Below, in pieces: positions 26,647-38,596 of a stretch of DNA of 64,000 nt. Source of the stretch: Balamuthia mandrillaris. Lineage: Eukaryota. The stretch is taken from the NCBI GenBank assembly GCA_031835245.2, contig JAVKOQ020000036.1, positions 1-64,000 on the forward strand. Direction: 5' to 3'. Within the stretch, counting starts at the first letter, position 1; every line of letters starts with the position of its first letter. The notes under the pieces are model-generated. The model had not been told where the DNA came from. It ran no database searches and was given only the letters and a program-made list of their open reading frames with translations. A program made the position numbers and the translations under genes.

Positions 26647-28421
26647 ATGGGAGGAGAGGAGGACCCCAGAGAGAGGTCATTGCAAATCCAACGCCTGGTG
26701 AGGATTTTGGTCTACCTAGGTTTAGCGGCCTTTTGGACTGTGGGTGTGTACAAAGTTATAAATATGTATGTTCCCTCGGAAGGTTCTATCCAGGATCACA
26801 TTAGCACATGGAGGGGAGGGTACCAGGTGAGGGAGAGCCGGATGAGAGACAAATACTTGAACGTGATACGGGACTCGCTCACTGGGGCTGCACTTCTTAC
26901 AATGTTAGCGGTCGTTTTTGTCTTCTTTTTGTTTTTCTGTGCGGGCCTGTGTGCGTTTTCTTTTTTTTTCTTGTTTTTCCTGACTGAATAATCCATCTCT
27001 TATTTTCAAAGCGACCGTGATGCATTGCGCTGTTGGGAACAGAACCTTCCAGAAAGTGCTTGTCCTCCAGCAGACCCTCGGAAAAGGCAGATCGGTCAAG
27101 GTTCGCCCTCTGTTGTCGTTGTTCTTCTTAAACCCTTGTTGATTTTATTATTCTCCGTTTACATCGTGGTGTGCATATGGGTTTAGATTGGCCTGTATCA
27201 GGGTTGACAATGATTGGGACTGCACGAATGAATAACATCCGAAACTTATTGGAACGAGTGGAAAAAGAGAACATTCCTGGCGATTTTATGGAGGTACATC
27301 TTTTCTGTATCTTAAAATGGTCTTCTCTTTGTCCTTCTCTTTTTTTTTCTTCCACCCCTTTCTTTTTCGCAAATATTCTCTTCCTTTCCCTAACCTTTTG
27401 CATCCATTCGAAAGTGTGGCGTATGGAGAGGGGGTGCTTCAATCTATGCACAGGCTGTGCTTTCATCAGGGAACATTGATCGTCACGTCTGGTTGGCAGA
27501 TTCCTTCCAGGGGCTTCCGCGTCCAAGAACCAGCAATGACGTCGAGATGTGGAGCCAAATGGATTATCTCAAGGTTGGTGTGCAAGTTGCAATTTTCTTT
27601 GGTTAAACACCGAACTATTAGGTGGCTATGGAGGACGTTGTGGAGAACTTCAAAGCATTCGATCTCTTCGATCCAGAGCGCGTTCACTTTTGCAAAGGTT
27701 TCTTTGTGGACAGCCTTCCTACATGCCACCCAAAACAGGCATAGTTTTCTTTGTCTCTTTCAACCTTGTGCCTAAACGTGTATTAGTTTGCTTTGTCCTT
27801 TAAAAGAGGTGGCTGACAAAACTCAACATCAGATTGCAGTGCTACGCATGGACGGGGACATGTATGAGTCTACTATGGACCAGCTCTTCAATCTCTATCC
27901 TTTCGTTCGTCTCCCTCTTAGCAATGCTATGCTGTTACTTGCCCTCAACGCACTCTCCATTTGTGAAGGTAACATTAGGCGGATTCATAGTTGTGGATGA
28001 CTGGCAGATACCTGCATGTCAAAGGGCCGTAAAGGACTTTTGGGAATGGCATGGACTAACACAAGCGGTGACGCCTGTCGCAATCGACGACTGGAGTCTC
28101 TACTGGAAAAAGACGAGCGAGGTTCCGTTACAGTGGCATCGTTACCAGGCGCTTTTGAAAGACTCTCCCCAAACAGAAAGAAAAGAAGAAGCACAGCCCA
28201 AGTATTCGGAAAGAGCACTTCGCAAAGAGGAGAGAAAAAGAGAGCTGGAGGGCAGGAAAATCGAAAGACAAACCGAACGACTGACAAAAAAAGATCAAAG
28301 CAAGACGGACGCTAACCGACGACATGGGGTGGACGTCTACAAAGATGAAGCAGTCGGGCAACGAACGGTGCAAACTTTATCTTCTTGGAGTCCAGGAATA
28401 CAAGAGATGGTAGAATATTGA
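26647..28421 (+). CDS. TylF/MycF/NovP-family SAM-dependent sugar O-methyltransferase, copy 1, with N-terminal signal anchor
   Basis: TM LVRILVYLGLAAFWTVGVY; WPVSGLTMIGTARMNNI, NIPGDFME/CGVWRGGAS, VWLADSFQGLP, KGFFVDSLP, IAVLRMDGDMYEST, GGFIVVDDW, IDDWSLYWKK. Confidence 0.9.
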
Positions 28422-28695
28422 TGAATTGAGATGCACTTCAAAATTCATGGTGAAGGCAGGGCTTCGTGCATGAAGTGCGTTTTTTACTGAGAGCCATGCG
28501 GCATGGGAATGGTCCAGTGGCGTACGCTCAAGTTCGTTGGTGTCTGCAGAATAAAGTATCTGAGACCTCCTCTGGCCCACCTATTCTCCTATATATAGTC
28601 AAATCGTTGAAACGATTCGTCAACGAGAGACCGTTGTTTCCTTTAGCGTTGTGCTGGGGGTTAAAAGGTGTTGAAACAGCGTTCATCGAGTTGAA

Positions 28696-30450
28696 ATGGG
28701 GAGTGAGGACGGGACCCCACGCTCCGTCAGACCGCCAGGCGGGCTGGCCCGGCACATACCGTTGTGGCTGGCCATAGCGGTGAGCAGCGCCACGGTCACC
28801 TATCTGCTGTTGGCTGTTTCGGAGGCGGAGAACGCAGCGCCTTCGTGCATCCAGCTCTCCCGTGAGCCCTCCTCGCTTTCGCGCCTTCATGAGGACACGA
28901 TGAGACAAAAGTACTTGGAAGTGCTTCGTGACTCGCTGACGGCCGCTGCTTTTCGGAAGACGTAAGCCACCTCCTTCCCATTGTGTTGTCTTGTTACCAG
29001 CGGATGTTTACCCTTCTCTTTGTACAGGGAGATGGATGCATCGGCGTGCTGGGTTGAAAAGAAGAAGATAAAGCCGTTTTGTCCTCCAATGAACCCTGTG
29101 AAAAGACACGAAGGAGGAGGTTAGTTCAGTACCTTTTTTTTTTGTTCTCCTTGTGCTCATCTCAGACGCCCGGTCTCCAGACTGGCCTATCACGGGCGTG
29201 TCCATGATTGGAACGTTGCGTATGAACAACATCCGTGAGCTGTTAGAACGAGCTGAACAAGAAAACATTCCCGGTGACTTTATGGAGGTTGGTATGCTTG
29301 AGCTGCTCTTCTACATGTTCTCCTTGCTGTTGTGGCTTTGTTGCTTATTCTCACAGTCCTCTTCTCACCGTTATCCTTCTGACTTTGTATCCTCACCAAA
29401 GTGTGGGGTATGGCGAGGCGGAGCATCCATCTTCGCACAGGCTGTTCTGTCGTCAGCCAACATCGACCGTCACGTCTGGTTGGCCGATTCCTTCCGAGGC
29501 TTGCCTCCTCCTCGAACCTCAAAAGACACGACTTACTGGAATGAAATCAGCTATCTTGAGGTTCCGAACCTTCCTTTACTGTTCCGTTTTGTTTCAAACA
29601 CGGGACCTACCCTCCTCCCTCCTACCCAACAGGTGTCAATGGAGGAGGTGATCGAAAACTTCAAGGCTTTCGGGCTCTACCACCCCGAGCGGCTTCACTT
29701 TTGCAAAGGATACTTTGTGGACTCCCTCCCTCATTGCCATCCCTCCAAGGTTGGTTGCTGTGATGATTCAATGCGGTCACTTTACTCACTGCAAAGGTTA
29801 TTCCCAACCATCAGATAGCGGTGCTTCGAATGGACGGGGACATGTACGAGTCCACCATGGATCAGCTTTTCAATCTCTATCCTTTGGTCCAATTTCCCTC
29901 TTCTTTCCCTCTTTTCTTCTCTTCACTGTATCTAACGCATCCCCACTCACACTCTCCTCTCTCACCGCTCACTCTCCTCTCCGCCTCCTCTCGCTTGTCG
30001 TTTCATCATCATTCTCTTCTCTTCATCGTTCTCTTCTCTTCTCTTCATCGTTCTCTTCTCTTCATCGTTCTCTTCTCTTCTCTTCATCGTTCTCTTCTCT
30101 TCTCTTCTCTTCTCTTCTCTTCTCTTCTCTTCTCTTCTCTTCTCTTCTCTTCTCTTCTCTCTTCTCTTCTCTTCTCTTCTCTTCGTCGTTCTCTTCTCTT
30201 CTGGTCGTTCTGAATAAACAACAAGCAGGTTTCCTTGGGTGGGTTTGTTATAGTGGACGACTGGACCATTGAATATGCCAGAGAGGCCGTAAAGGACTTT
30301 TGGGAGTGGCATGGCCTCCTGGAGGAAGTGACTCCCGTTAGCATAGACCGCTACAGCATCTACTGGCAAAAGCCCAGGGAGGTCTCCTTGCAATGGCATC
30401 GGTATGAGGCCCTCCTCCCTGGGAAGGGTTCCCCTCCGGAGAAGCCATAG
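28696..30450 (+). CDS. TylF/NovP-family O-methyltransferase, copy 2, with N-terminal signal anchor
   Basis: TM IPLWLAIAVSSATVTYLLLAV; same motifs and intron positions as copy 1 (MIGTLRMNNI, GDFME/CGVWRGG, ADSFRGLP, LRMDGDMYEST, GGFVIVDDW, IDRYSIYWQK). Confidence 0.9.
30010..30200 (+). repeat. Intronic (TCTTC)n / CTCTTCATCGTT compound microsatellite
   Basis: Last intron of TylF copy 2; the same compound unit recurs at 31960-32380 in copy 3. Confidence 0.9.
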
Positions 30451-30612
30451 TATCCACCACAGTGTTGTTCCTCTGTTTATACATATAAATGCCTTTGGGA
30501 GTCTCTTTTCTCTCTTGTGCAAGCAAGCAACACCTCCCCGATGATGAAGCTGAAGGCCATTCTAGCACCTTGTTAGGGTTGAGAAGCTTTAGGACCTTTA
30601 TCATTTTTTTCA

Positions 30613-32624
30613 ATGGCAGGAAGGGAAGCATGCCCCGCCAACGGCCCTTCAAGTCGACCAAGCGAACGTGGCGGCAGAGTCACCTTCAAGCAGAGATGGA
30701 TGCTGCTGCTGCTGCTGCTTATCCCATGCCTCTGCCTCGCGCTCCTGGTCGCCAACGGCATCAGCAATCCACCCTCCTCGGCGACCCCACTGACGGGCGG
30801 TCTTCCAGCCGACCGAGCGAACTCGATGCGGGATAGGTACCTGGATGTGCTGCGGGACGCGCTGACCGGAGCGGCGTTCAGGACCACGTAGGGCATGGCT
30901 TGCTTGTGTGTGCGTTGTGTGGAGAGACGAGTCCGGTGGGTTAACTTGTCTCTGTTAATGTTCATCAGGGAAATGGAGGCTAGCCAGTGTTGGCTTGCGA
31001 ACAAGAAGAAGCAGAAGGAATCAACCCCTTTGAGCTTATGTCCTCCCATGGACGCGGAGAAAAGACGGGTTGGTGTAGGTGCACATCGTTCGCTTTTGCC
31101 ACATCCCATTTGTGAGCGCTCACGTTGTTCGCTGCAGAGTGGCCCGTTCTTGGTTTAACAATGATAGGCACGCTACGCATGAACAACCTTCGGGAACTGT
31201 TGGAACGGGTCGAGAGAGAAAGAGTCGTTGGTGACTTTATGGAGGTTTGTTTGGCCTTTCTGTTTGCTTCTCCTCCTTCTCCTTCTCCGTTATCATCTTG
31301 TTCTTGTCGCCGTTGTTGTTGTTCTTGTTCTTCTTCTTCATCATCTTCTCCATCATCATCATCTTCTTCTTCTTGTGCTTGTTCTTGTTCTTCTTCTTCT
31401 TCTTCTTCTTCTTGTTCTTCTTCTTCTTCTTCTTCTTCTTTCCTTTCCCTTGTATCTAGTGTGGGGTATGAAGAGGAGGCGCGGCCATCTTCGCGCAGGC
31501 TGTCCTTTCATCCGCCGGCATCGACCGACACGTCTGGCTGGCCGATTCGTTCGAAGGGCTTCCCCTCCCTCGAACACCCTCTCTAAGCAAGGACGGAAAG
31601 CATTGGAACAAGATGGCCTACTTTCAGGTTTGGTCGTTTTGTTTTGTATTGTTGAGGCTCTCCACCGCAGAGGCTTAACATTCTCCTCCTCCGCGTTGAC
31701 CCAACAGGTGTCAATGGAGGAGGTGCTCGAAAACTTCAAGGCCTTCGGGCTCTACCACCCCGAGCGGCTTCACTTTTGCAAAGGATACTTTGTGGACTCC
31801 CTCCCTCATTGCCATCCCTCCAAGGTTGGTTGGGCTTTCACACTTTTCTTCTCTCACCCTGACGACACACACCCCGTCAGATAGCGGTGCTTCGAATGGA
31901 CGGGGACATGTACGAGTCCACCATGGATCAGCTGTTCAATCTCTACCCTTTGGTTAGTTCTTCTCGTTCTCTCTTCATCGTTCTCTTCATCGTTCTCTTC
32001 ATCGTTCTCTTCTCTTCTCTTCATCGTTCTCTTCATCGTTCTCTTCTCTTCTCTTCTCTTCTCTTCTCTTCTCTTCTCTTCTCTTCTCTTCTCTTTCTCT
32101 TCTTCTCTTCATCGTTCTCTTCTCTTCTCTTCTTTCCTTCTCTTCTCTTCTCTTTCTCTTCTTTCTCTTTCTTCTCTTCTTTCTCTTCTCTTTCTTCTTC
32201 TTCTTCTTTCATCGTTCTCTTCTTTCTTCTCTTCTCTTCATCGTTCTCTTCTCTTCTCTCTTCATCGTTCTCTTCTCTCTTCATCGTTCTCTTCTTCTCT
32301 TCTCTTCTTCTCTTCTCTCTCTTCTTCTCTTTCTTCTCTTCTCTTCTCTTCTCCTCTCTCTTCTCTTCTCTTCTTTCTTCTCTTAACAAAACAAAACAAA
32401 AGGTTTCGTTGGGAGGTTTCGTTATAGTGGACGATTGGAACGTGGAGCATTGCCAAAGGGCTGTGACAGACTTTTGGGAGTGGCACGGTCTCCTCGACGA
32501 GGTGGCTCCCGTTAATGGCAGCGCTATGAAGCCCTTCTTCCTCAAGATAATCAAGTATCTCAAAGAAGGAAAAAGAAGAGCTAAAAATGCAAGAAAAGAA
32601 GGGAGAAAGAGAGAGAGAGCGTAG
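30613..32624 (+). pseudogene. TylF/NovP-family O-methyltransferase, copy 3, probable pseudogene
   Basis: Same exon structure, but the conserved CGVWRGG reads tgt ggg gta TGA aga gga (stop at 31469-31471). Similarity to copies 1 and 2 ends after VAPV (about 32514), so the IDxxSxYWxK segment is missing. Confidence 0.8.
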
Positions 32625-32645
32625 AGAGGGGGAAAAAAGCGTTTG

Positions 32646-32940
32646 TTAGACGGAACGAGGATGATGGAGACAATGCAGCATGAAACAAGCGGTGTTGAGC
32701 AGCTTAAGAAGGTCTTGTTTCTCAACATCGTGGTCCCCTTCCACCTCTCCCCACTGCGCCAGTTGGTGGTGCTCGTCCACCCTGCTGAACGCAAATATGT
32801 CTTCGGAAGTGTACCGGCCTCTTAATACTCCTTTATTTAAGTTTTTTTCGTTTGTTTGTGTTGAATGAAAGTTGTAAGGAGCGACAAAGGAAGAAGAACG
32901 AGAGAACAAGAACGAGAGAAGCAAAGAGGAGTGAGAGAGC

Positions 32941-32978
<38 letters not shown>

Positions 32979-33525
32979 ACGAACCAAGAGCAAGAATCAT
33001 GGACTTAGTGTAACTGGTGATGTGATCCAAGCAGGCCAAATGCCAGTCGTTGCATTCGGAATGAAGAAACATGCGAATGGTGTTGAGAGTGTGAGGGGGC
33101 TGCTCCTGCGCTTTGATGCTGTAGTGAATGGTCATGTCCACATTGAACGCACGTGAGAACCACTGCACCACCGGATCCAGAATCTCGCTTTGGCAATCTC
33201 TCAGGCTCATGTTTTTGTCATCTCGATAACTTTCATCAAAAGAAAAAAGCTGAGTTCCGACTTCAAAGAGAAAGAAGAGAAAGAAGAGAACAAGAAAAGA
33301 GAGAGACAGAGGAAAGAGAACACGAAAAGAGAAGAGGTGAGAGATAGTACCATATTTGATCGGTGGCAAGATAGTCGAGCAGCTGGAGAACCAAAGCGTG
33401 ACGGACTTGAGGCCCTTCGTTGATTAAACGATCAATGGTAGTAGTAGCTAACGTCATCTGCATTCTCCAGACAATAACTAAGCCAGTTCACGAACAACCC
33501 ACAACAAAAAACACAAACATGAAAG

Positions 33526-33565
<40 letters not shown>

Positions 33566-33803
33566 CATGGGCATGCTGGAAGGCTTGATGACTTCTTTTT
33601 GCATTTCCCATTCTCCAGCGATGGCGTAGGCAGGAAGCTCTTCGGGCACAGCAAGGACGTGCCCCTTTGGCGTTAGTAGTTGTCGTCCATCCAGAGTGAC
33701 CGCCCACATGCCGTCTTCCGTTTGTTCTGGCGTGTAGCGGAGAGTTAAAGCGAGCGAGAGCGAAGAGCGAAAGCAGGGGGACAAAGTCAGAGAGAGAGAG
33801 AGG

Positions 33804-33834
<31 letters not shown>

Positions 33835-34105
33835 AGAACTAGAGCGAAGATAACGAGAAAACGAGAGGAGAGAGAGAGAGAGAGAGAGAAGAGAACGAGA
33901 AGCAAGAGAAGAGAGAGAGCGAGAGAGCGAGAGAATAGCAAGAGAAAAGAGGAAAGAGAACGAGAGAGAAGAGCGGGAGCACGTACCAACATCCACTTTT
34001 TTGTACCAACGCTTCGTCTTTCCGGGAATCACTTTTTTTAGAGTAGGTGGGGAGGGGGAAGCATAAATACGTGAGCAAAGCAGCAGAATAAGAAGCAGAA
34101 GAAGT

Positions 34106-34136
<31 letters not shown>

Positions 34137-34487
34137 ACACGCACCAGCTTCCGTTTTGACCCAAAGTCTTTTCTTGGGAGCGGCGCTACTGCCGCCGGTC
34201 GTAGCAGGAGCTCCCGCCGAGGAGGAAGAAAGCAAAGCGAGCGAAGAAGGACGAAAGCCTCTTCGAGTCATCATCATCGCCGAAGAAGAAGGATGCAAGG
34301 AGACGGGTTTTGAGCGGCGCACAGCTGACCATGAAAGCCGCTGAGGAGAATGATACTGCCGACAGGTGCCGAGGGTACATCCTCCTCCGAGCGAGGGTGC
34401 ACGAAGAAGAGCGCCAGTGCCACCACCAGCAGCAACAAAAGAAGAGCACCACGCCACCAGCCCACCACCGCGAGAGGAACTTCTCAT
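32646..34487 (-). CDS. ATP12: Mitochondrial F1-ATPase assembly chaperone ATP12/ATPAF2 (multi-exon)
   Basis: Presequence MRSSSRGG..; KRWYKKVDV, WAVTLDGRQLLTPKGHVLAVP..AIAGEWEMQKEVIKPSSMPM/MTLATTTID, YLATDQI, KSMILAL, SRVDEHHQLAQWGEVEGDHDVE. The extreme 3' end is uncertain. Confidence 0.93.
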
Positions 34488-34524
34488 CTTCCTTGTTCTT
34501 TTTTTTTTTCAATGGTGGATTTGG

Positions 34525-34696
34525 TGCACAAAAGCTGCAGTTTTTGTGGTCCACACACATAATCGTTGCACAATTGCTGCACTATTTCTGCAATTTTGGT
34601 GCAACACAGAAGATTTGCTGCACAATTGCTGGAGATTTACTGCAACTTTTGTGCAGGAGATCATAATGTAGCACAATTGTTGCACTATTTGTGCAG
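34525..34696. promoter_or_regulatory. TGCA-rich repeat cluster in the ATP12/F-box divergent spacer
   Basis: Inverted pair tgcacaaaagctgcag (34525-34540) and ctgcaacttttgtgca (34640-34655); direct pair gcacaattgYtgcactattt (34568-34587 and 34671-34690). Regulatory role is inferred from position. Confidence 0.5.
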
Positions 34697-34761
34697 CATC
34701 TGAAAAAGAAAAATAATAAAGAGCGGGCAACGTTACAGCAACAAGAAGAAGGACTCCGGTC

Positions 34762-36846
34762 ATGAAAGCAGCGACAACAAAAACGGCCGTCGTGAAGCAA
34801 GGCAACTGCTTTTTGATCCTTCCCGATGAGATTGGTTCGGCTATGAATACTTTCTTTTTTTTTTTTATCTGTTTCAAAGCTTTTTTTTAAAAAAAAAAAC
34901 ATTTGCAATATATTGCAGTCTTATACTTGTTTTCGTTTTTGCGGGTGAGGGACCTGTGCGCCTTGGGACAGGCCTCCAGGAGGCTCCACCAGCTCAGCAA
35001 CGACGATAGCCTCTGGAGGCGGCTCTTTGAGGCGTTCCACTTCTCCTCTTCTGCCGCTGCTGCCTCTTCCTGTTCTCGTCACTATCATTCTTCTTGTTCT
35101 TCTTCTTCTTCTTGTTCTTCTTCTTCTTCTTCTTCTTCTTCTTCTTCTTCTTCTTCTTCTTCTTCTTCTTCTTCTTCTTCGCCTCTCAATGAAGAAAGAG
35201 GAGGGGAAGAAGAAGAAAAAGTCTTTTCGTTCAAAACCGCGTTCGCTCAAAAGCATCGCTCGGTCGAGAGGTGGACGCGCCAGCCGGTACGGTACCAGGT
35301 CCTCAATTGCGGGGAGGTCAGCGGGGTCGTCTTTGACCTTCACCTCGACGCCGAGAAGCTTATCGCCGGCGGGTCCGTTGCTTTCTCTCTCTCTCTCTCT
35401 CTCTCTCTCACCAACAAAAAACAACACTGAATGCTCCCCGCAGGTCGTTGTGGTACTCCGGTAACACCTCATGAGGCAACAAACAAGGGGCATTACCGAA
35501 CTCCTCCACAAAACAAAAAGAGGGTGCGCACATGGAAGCTCGGCAACGGGGACGAAGGCGAAGAGGAAGCCACGCCCCAGGCGCCCGTGCACGCCTTTGA
35601 CCCTGGCCACCGCGTCTTTCGCCTGCTTTCCCACGAGGACCGCATCATCACCGCCTCTCGCTATCCAGCGGACCGGGAGAGGGGCTTCATCCGCGTCTTC
35701 AGGACGGACGATGCCTTTCGGGAGAGCTTGGCCAGAGGCAAACCGTTGAAGGCCAAAGCGGGCGTCCCGCCGTGGACGCCTCTCTCCATCCTCAATGGGT
35801 TCGTGTCTCTCTCCTTTGTTCGGCGTAGTCTCTCTCTCCTCTGTCCTCATCCTTGCTTCTTCCTTCAGCCACACCTCAGGCGTGCAGGACATGCTCTACG
35901 ATGGGCACAACACGCTCATCACCAGCAGCGAGGACTGGAGCGTGAGGCTGTGGGACCTCACCGCGGAGCGCTGCACCGGCACCATCCACGGCAAACAAAA
36001 GATCATCGGCTGCATGGACGTCGACTTCGGCTCCAACCGTTTGGTTTGCGGCAGTTGGGATCGTTCCGTCTGGCTGTATGATTTGAGGATGGCGAGCAAG
36101 AGCGAGGAAGGAACAGAAGGAGAAGGAGGAGCGGGAGGAAGCGGAGCGGTGAGACAGTTTGTGGGGCATACGCACGCGGTCACGGCCCTTCAGTTCGAGG
36201 GAGATGCTTTGATAACGGCGGCGGATGATCGCAAGATGATCCGCTTTGATATGGCCTCTGGCGAGGAGGAGCGTTCGGTCGACTTGAGAGAGCTCACTAA
36301 CGAGTTTGATGGTTCTCTCTTTCTCTCTCTCTCTCTCTCTATGTCTCTCTTTCTCTCTTTCGTCAGTACCAACCTTTTCTTATTTTGTTGATCTTGTGCG
36401 CAGTGGGTCTTCCGGTGGTAGCTTCTCTCCGTTTCGACGACGAGAAACTTCTAACAGCATTCGTCTCTGGCGAGCCCGTCGTTTGGGATCTTGCTTCCTT
36501 GACTCCCATTCGTGCTCTCCATTACAACAACTACGACGATGAGGAAGGATCTCCTGTAGAAAAACAAACAACAAAGAAGAAGAAGAATGAAGTCAGAAAA
36601 GAAGAGAAAGAGGAGAAAGGGAAAGAGGAGAAAGAAGTGGGTCGTGAAGTGTATGGAAAAATGTGGGGTGTTCATACCATTCATTACTGCGGAGATACGG
36701 TGGTGCAAGCAAGAGAGAAGGAGTATCGATACTTGTTAGATATGTGGAAAGTCGGTCAGAGAAGAACAAGAAGAAGAAAAGACGACCACAAAGATAAAGA
36801 ACGTCACAAAAAGAAAAAGAAGAACAAAGAAAAGAAACATAAATAA
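34762..36846 (+). CDS. F-box/WD40-repeat protein (multi-exon)
   Basis: FLILPDEI/VLYLFSFLRVRDLCALGQASRRLHQLSNDDSLWRRLF (F-box); HTSGVQDMLYDGHNTLITSSEDWSVRLWD, LVCGSWDRSVWLYD, GHTHAVTALQFEGDALITAADDRKMIRFD (WD40); Lys-rich tail. Confidence 0.9.
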
Positions 36847-36933
36847 AGAGAAGGAAGAGTGACTATTCCATCCTTTTTTTTGTTAACTTCGCTAAATAAT
36901 CTTCTACCATCCTTGAGCTGCGCTCTTTGTTCT

Positions 36934-38379
36934 TTACCTCTTCCTCTGCACACCATAATCATCGTCGTCTTCCTCCTCCTCTTCATCGTCAGATTCTTCA
37001 TCCTCATCCTCTTCTTCCTCATCACCAAAGAACTTGAGACCGCTCAACCTCTTCGTGATCTTTGCCGCTTCCTCCTTGGCAGCAACTGCCCCCCTATCCT
37101 CATCCTCCCAATCTTGCTCACCCTCTTCTCCGTCCTCGTAGTCCTCGCCTTCATCCAACTCATCCTCTTCCCAATAGTCGGCTTCCGAGGCCTGCCTCAT
37201 TGTGCGCGTGAACTCTCGTGTCTCTGTCCAGATTTGGTACAAGTCCAACCCTGCGGGGAGAGTGTGAAGGAGCTTCATCTCTTGGCTGCCTTCCACTGCC
37301 GCCTTGCTAAACTTTGGCCATTTGACGGACTTGAAAGCGGCCAACCTGTGTTGTTTGTTTTTTAGCAAACGGTGAGTTGTTCGAGAACGAGAGAGAACGA
37401 AAGGGAATAGAGAGAGACAAGAGAGAACGAACCAATCAGGGGGAATTTGGATGTGGCGCTCTTGATCAAGGCCGTGGACCAAGTCCTTCTCATAGAAGGA
37501 CATGGTCCGTGAGTTCCAATCAATGACAAGCTCTCTAGCAAGCTTGTCCGGTGCAAACGACAAAATGGGCACTCTCGTCCGCCTTTCCGGACACTAGGTA
37601 TTTTTTCTACCTTTGTTAGTAAACATGAAACATGAGAAGAGAGAGAGAGAAGAGAGAAGAGAGAAGAGAGAAGAGAGAAGAGAGAAGAGAGAAGAGAGAA
37701 GAGAGAAGAGAGAAGAGAGAAGAGAGAAGAGAGAAGAGAGAAGAGAGCGAGAGAGAGGTAGAGAGGAGCAGCGAACGAGAGGAGAGAGCGCGAAAAGAGG
37801 AAGGAGAGCGAGGAGAGGAGAGGAGAGAGAAAGAACGAAGAAAAGAGAGAAGGAAAAGCGAACCTTTTCTTCATCCCACCAATGATAAAACTCGTCGCTG
37901 TCCTCGGAGATAGAGGGGCTGAGCCAGCCGTAACCCAGGCGAGAGGTGCGGATGAGCTTCTGCGTGAACGCGGCGAGGTGTTGGTGGTAGTGCCGCACGG
38001 AGGGGTCCGGCTCGTCGATCTTGACCGCCTTCTGGTTGGCCGTCATCTCCTCCGCTGCGGCAGCCGAAACAGCAGCATCTTGTTGTGACTTTGTTGTGCC
38101 GCGATAATAATAGCGGAGGTTCGTTGAGAGAGGATTGGACAGGAAGGCACGACGAAAGCGAGTGGCGGAGACGGGAGAGAGCAATCGGCGCGAAGGCGCA
38201 GCAGAGGAGGAAGAAGACAAGGAGCACAGCCCACGTTGTTGTTGTTGCAGAGAGACCAAAAGTTTTTGCTCCTTCAAGGAAGGGGTCCCAAAGGAAAATA
38301 CCGCTCCCGCTCCTCCTCCTCTCTTTGGTCGTACGAGTGAAGAAGCGAAAGGAAAGGGCGACTTTTGTGCTGCTCTCAT
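36934..38379 (-). CDS. Uncharacterised protein with probable mitochondrial presequence and acidic C-terminal tail (3 exons)
   Basis: MRAAQKSPFPFASSLVRPKR..RRLLSPVSATRFRRAFLS leader. Phase-compatible exons ..WWDEEK / CPERRTRVPILSFAPDKL..HIQIPPDW / LAAFKSVKWPKF..; D/E-rich end. No family recognised. Confidence 0.65.
37640..37748 (-). repeat. Intronic 7-mer microsatellite, (GAGAAGA)n on the plus strand
   Basis: Heptamer array, pyrimidine-rich on the sense (minus) strand of the host gene. Confidence 0.9.
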
Positions 38380-38596
38380 CTCGCCTTTTTTCTCTCTCTC
38401 TTTTTTTTGTTGTTTTTTCGGTTTTTTTTGTTAAGTCCTCTGATTAGAACCCTCAAACAACATAAAACTGTGTTCAACATGTACACGAATCGTGCACCTT
38501 CGTTTGGACCCATGTCATTCAATATAATGTCGACACGAAGTGAACTTCGTAATGTCGACATGGGATTTTCTCCACGTCGACATGAATTTTCCTGTT

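Noticed and set aside
31469..31471. Selenocysteine or alternative genetic code
   Set aside because: The position aligns to Trp, not Cys; TGA terminates other genes; the copy is also 3'-truncated.
26647..32624. Bacterial contamination or an antibiotic biosynthesis cluster
   Set aside because: The genes have spliceosomal introns in host style, and no PKS, NRPS or glycosyltransferase neighbours.
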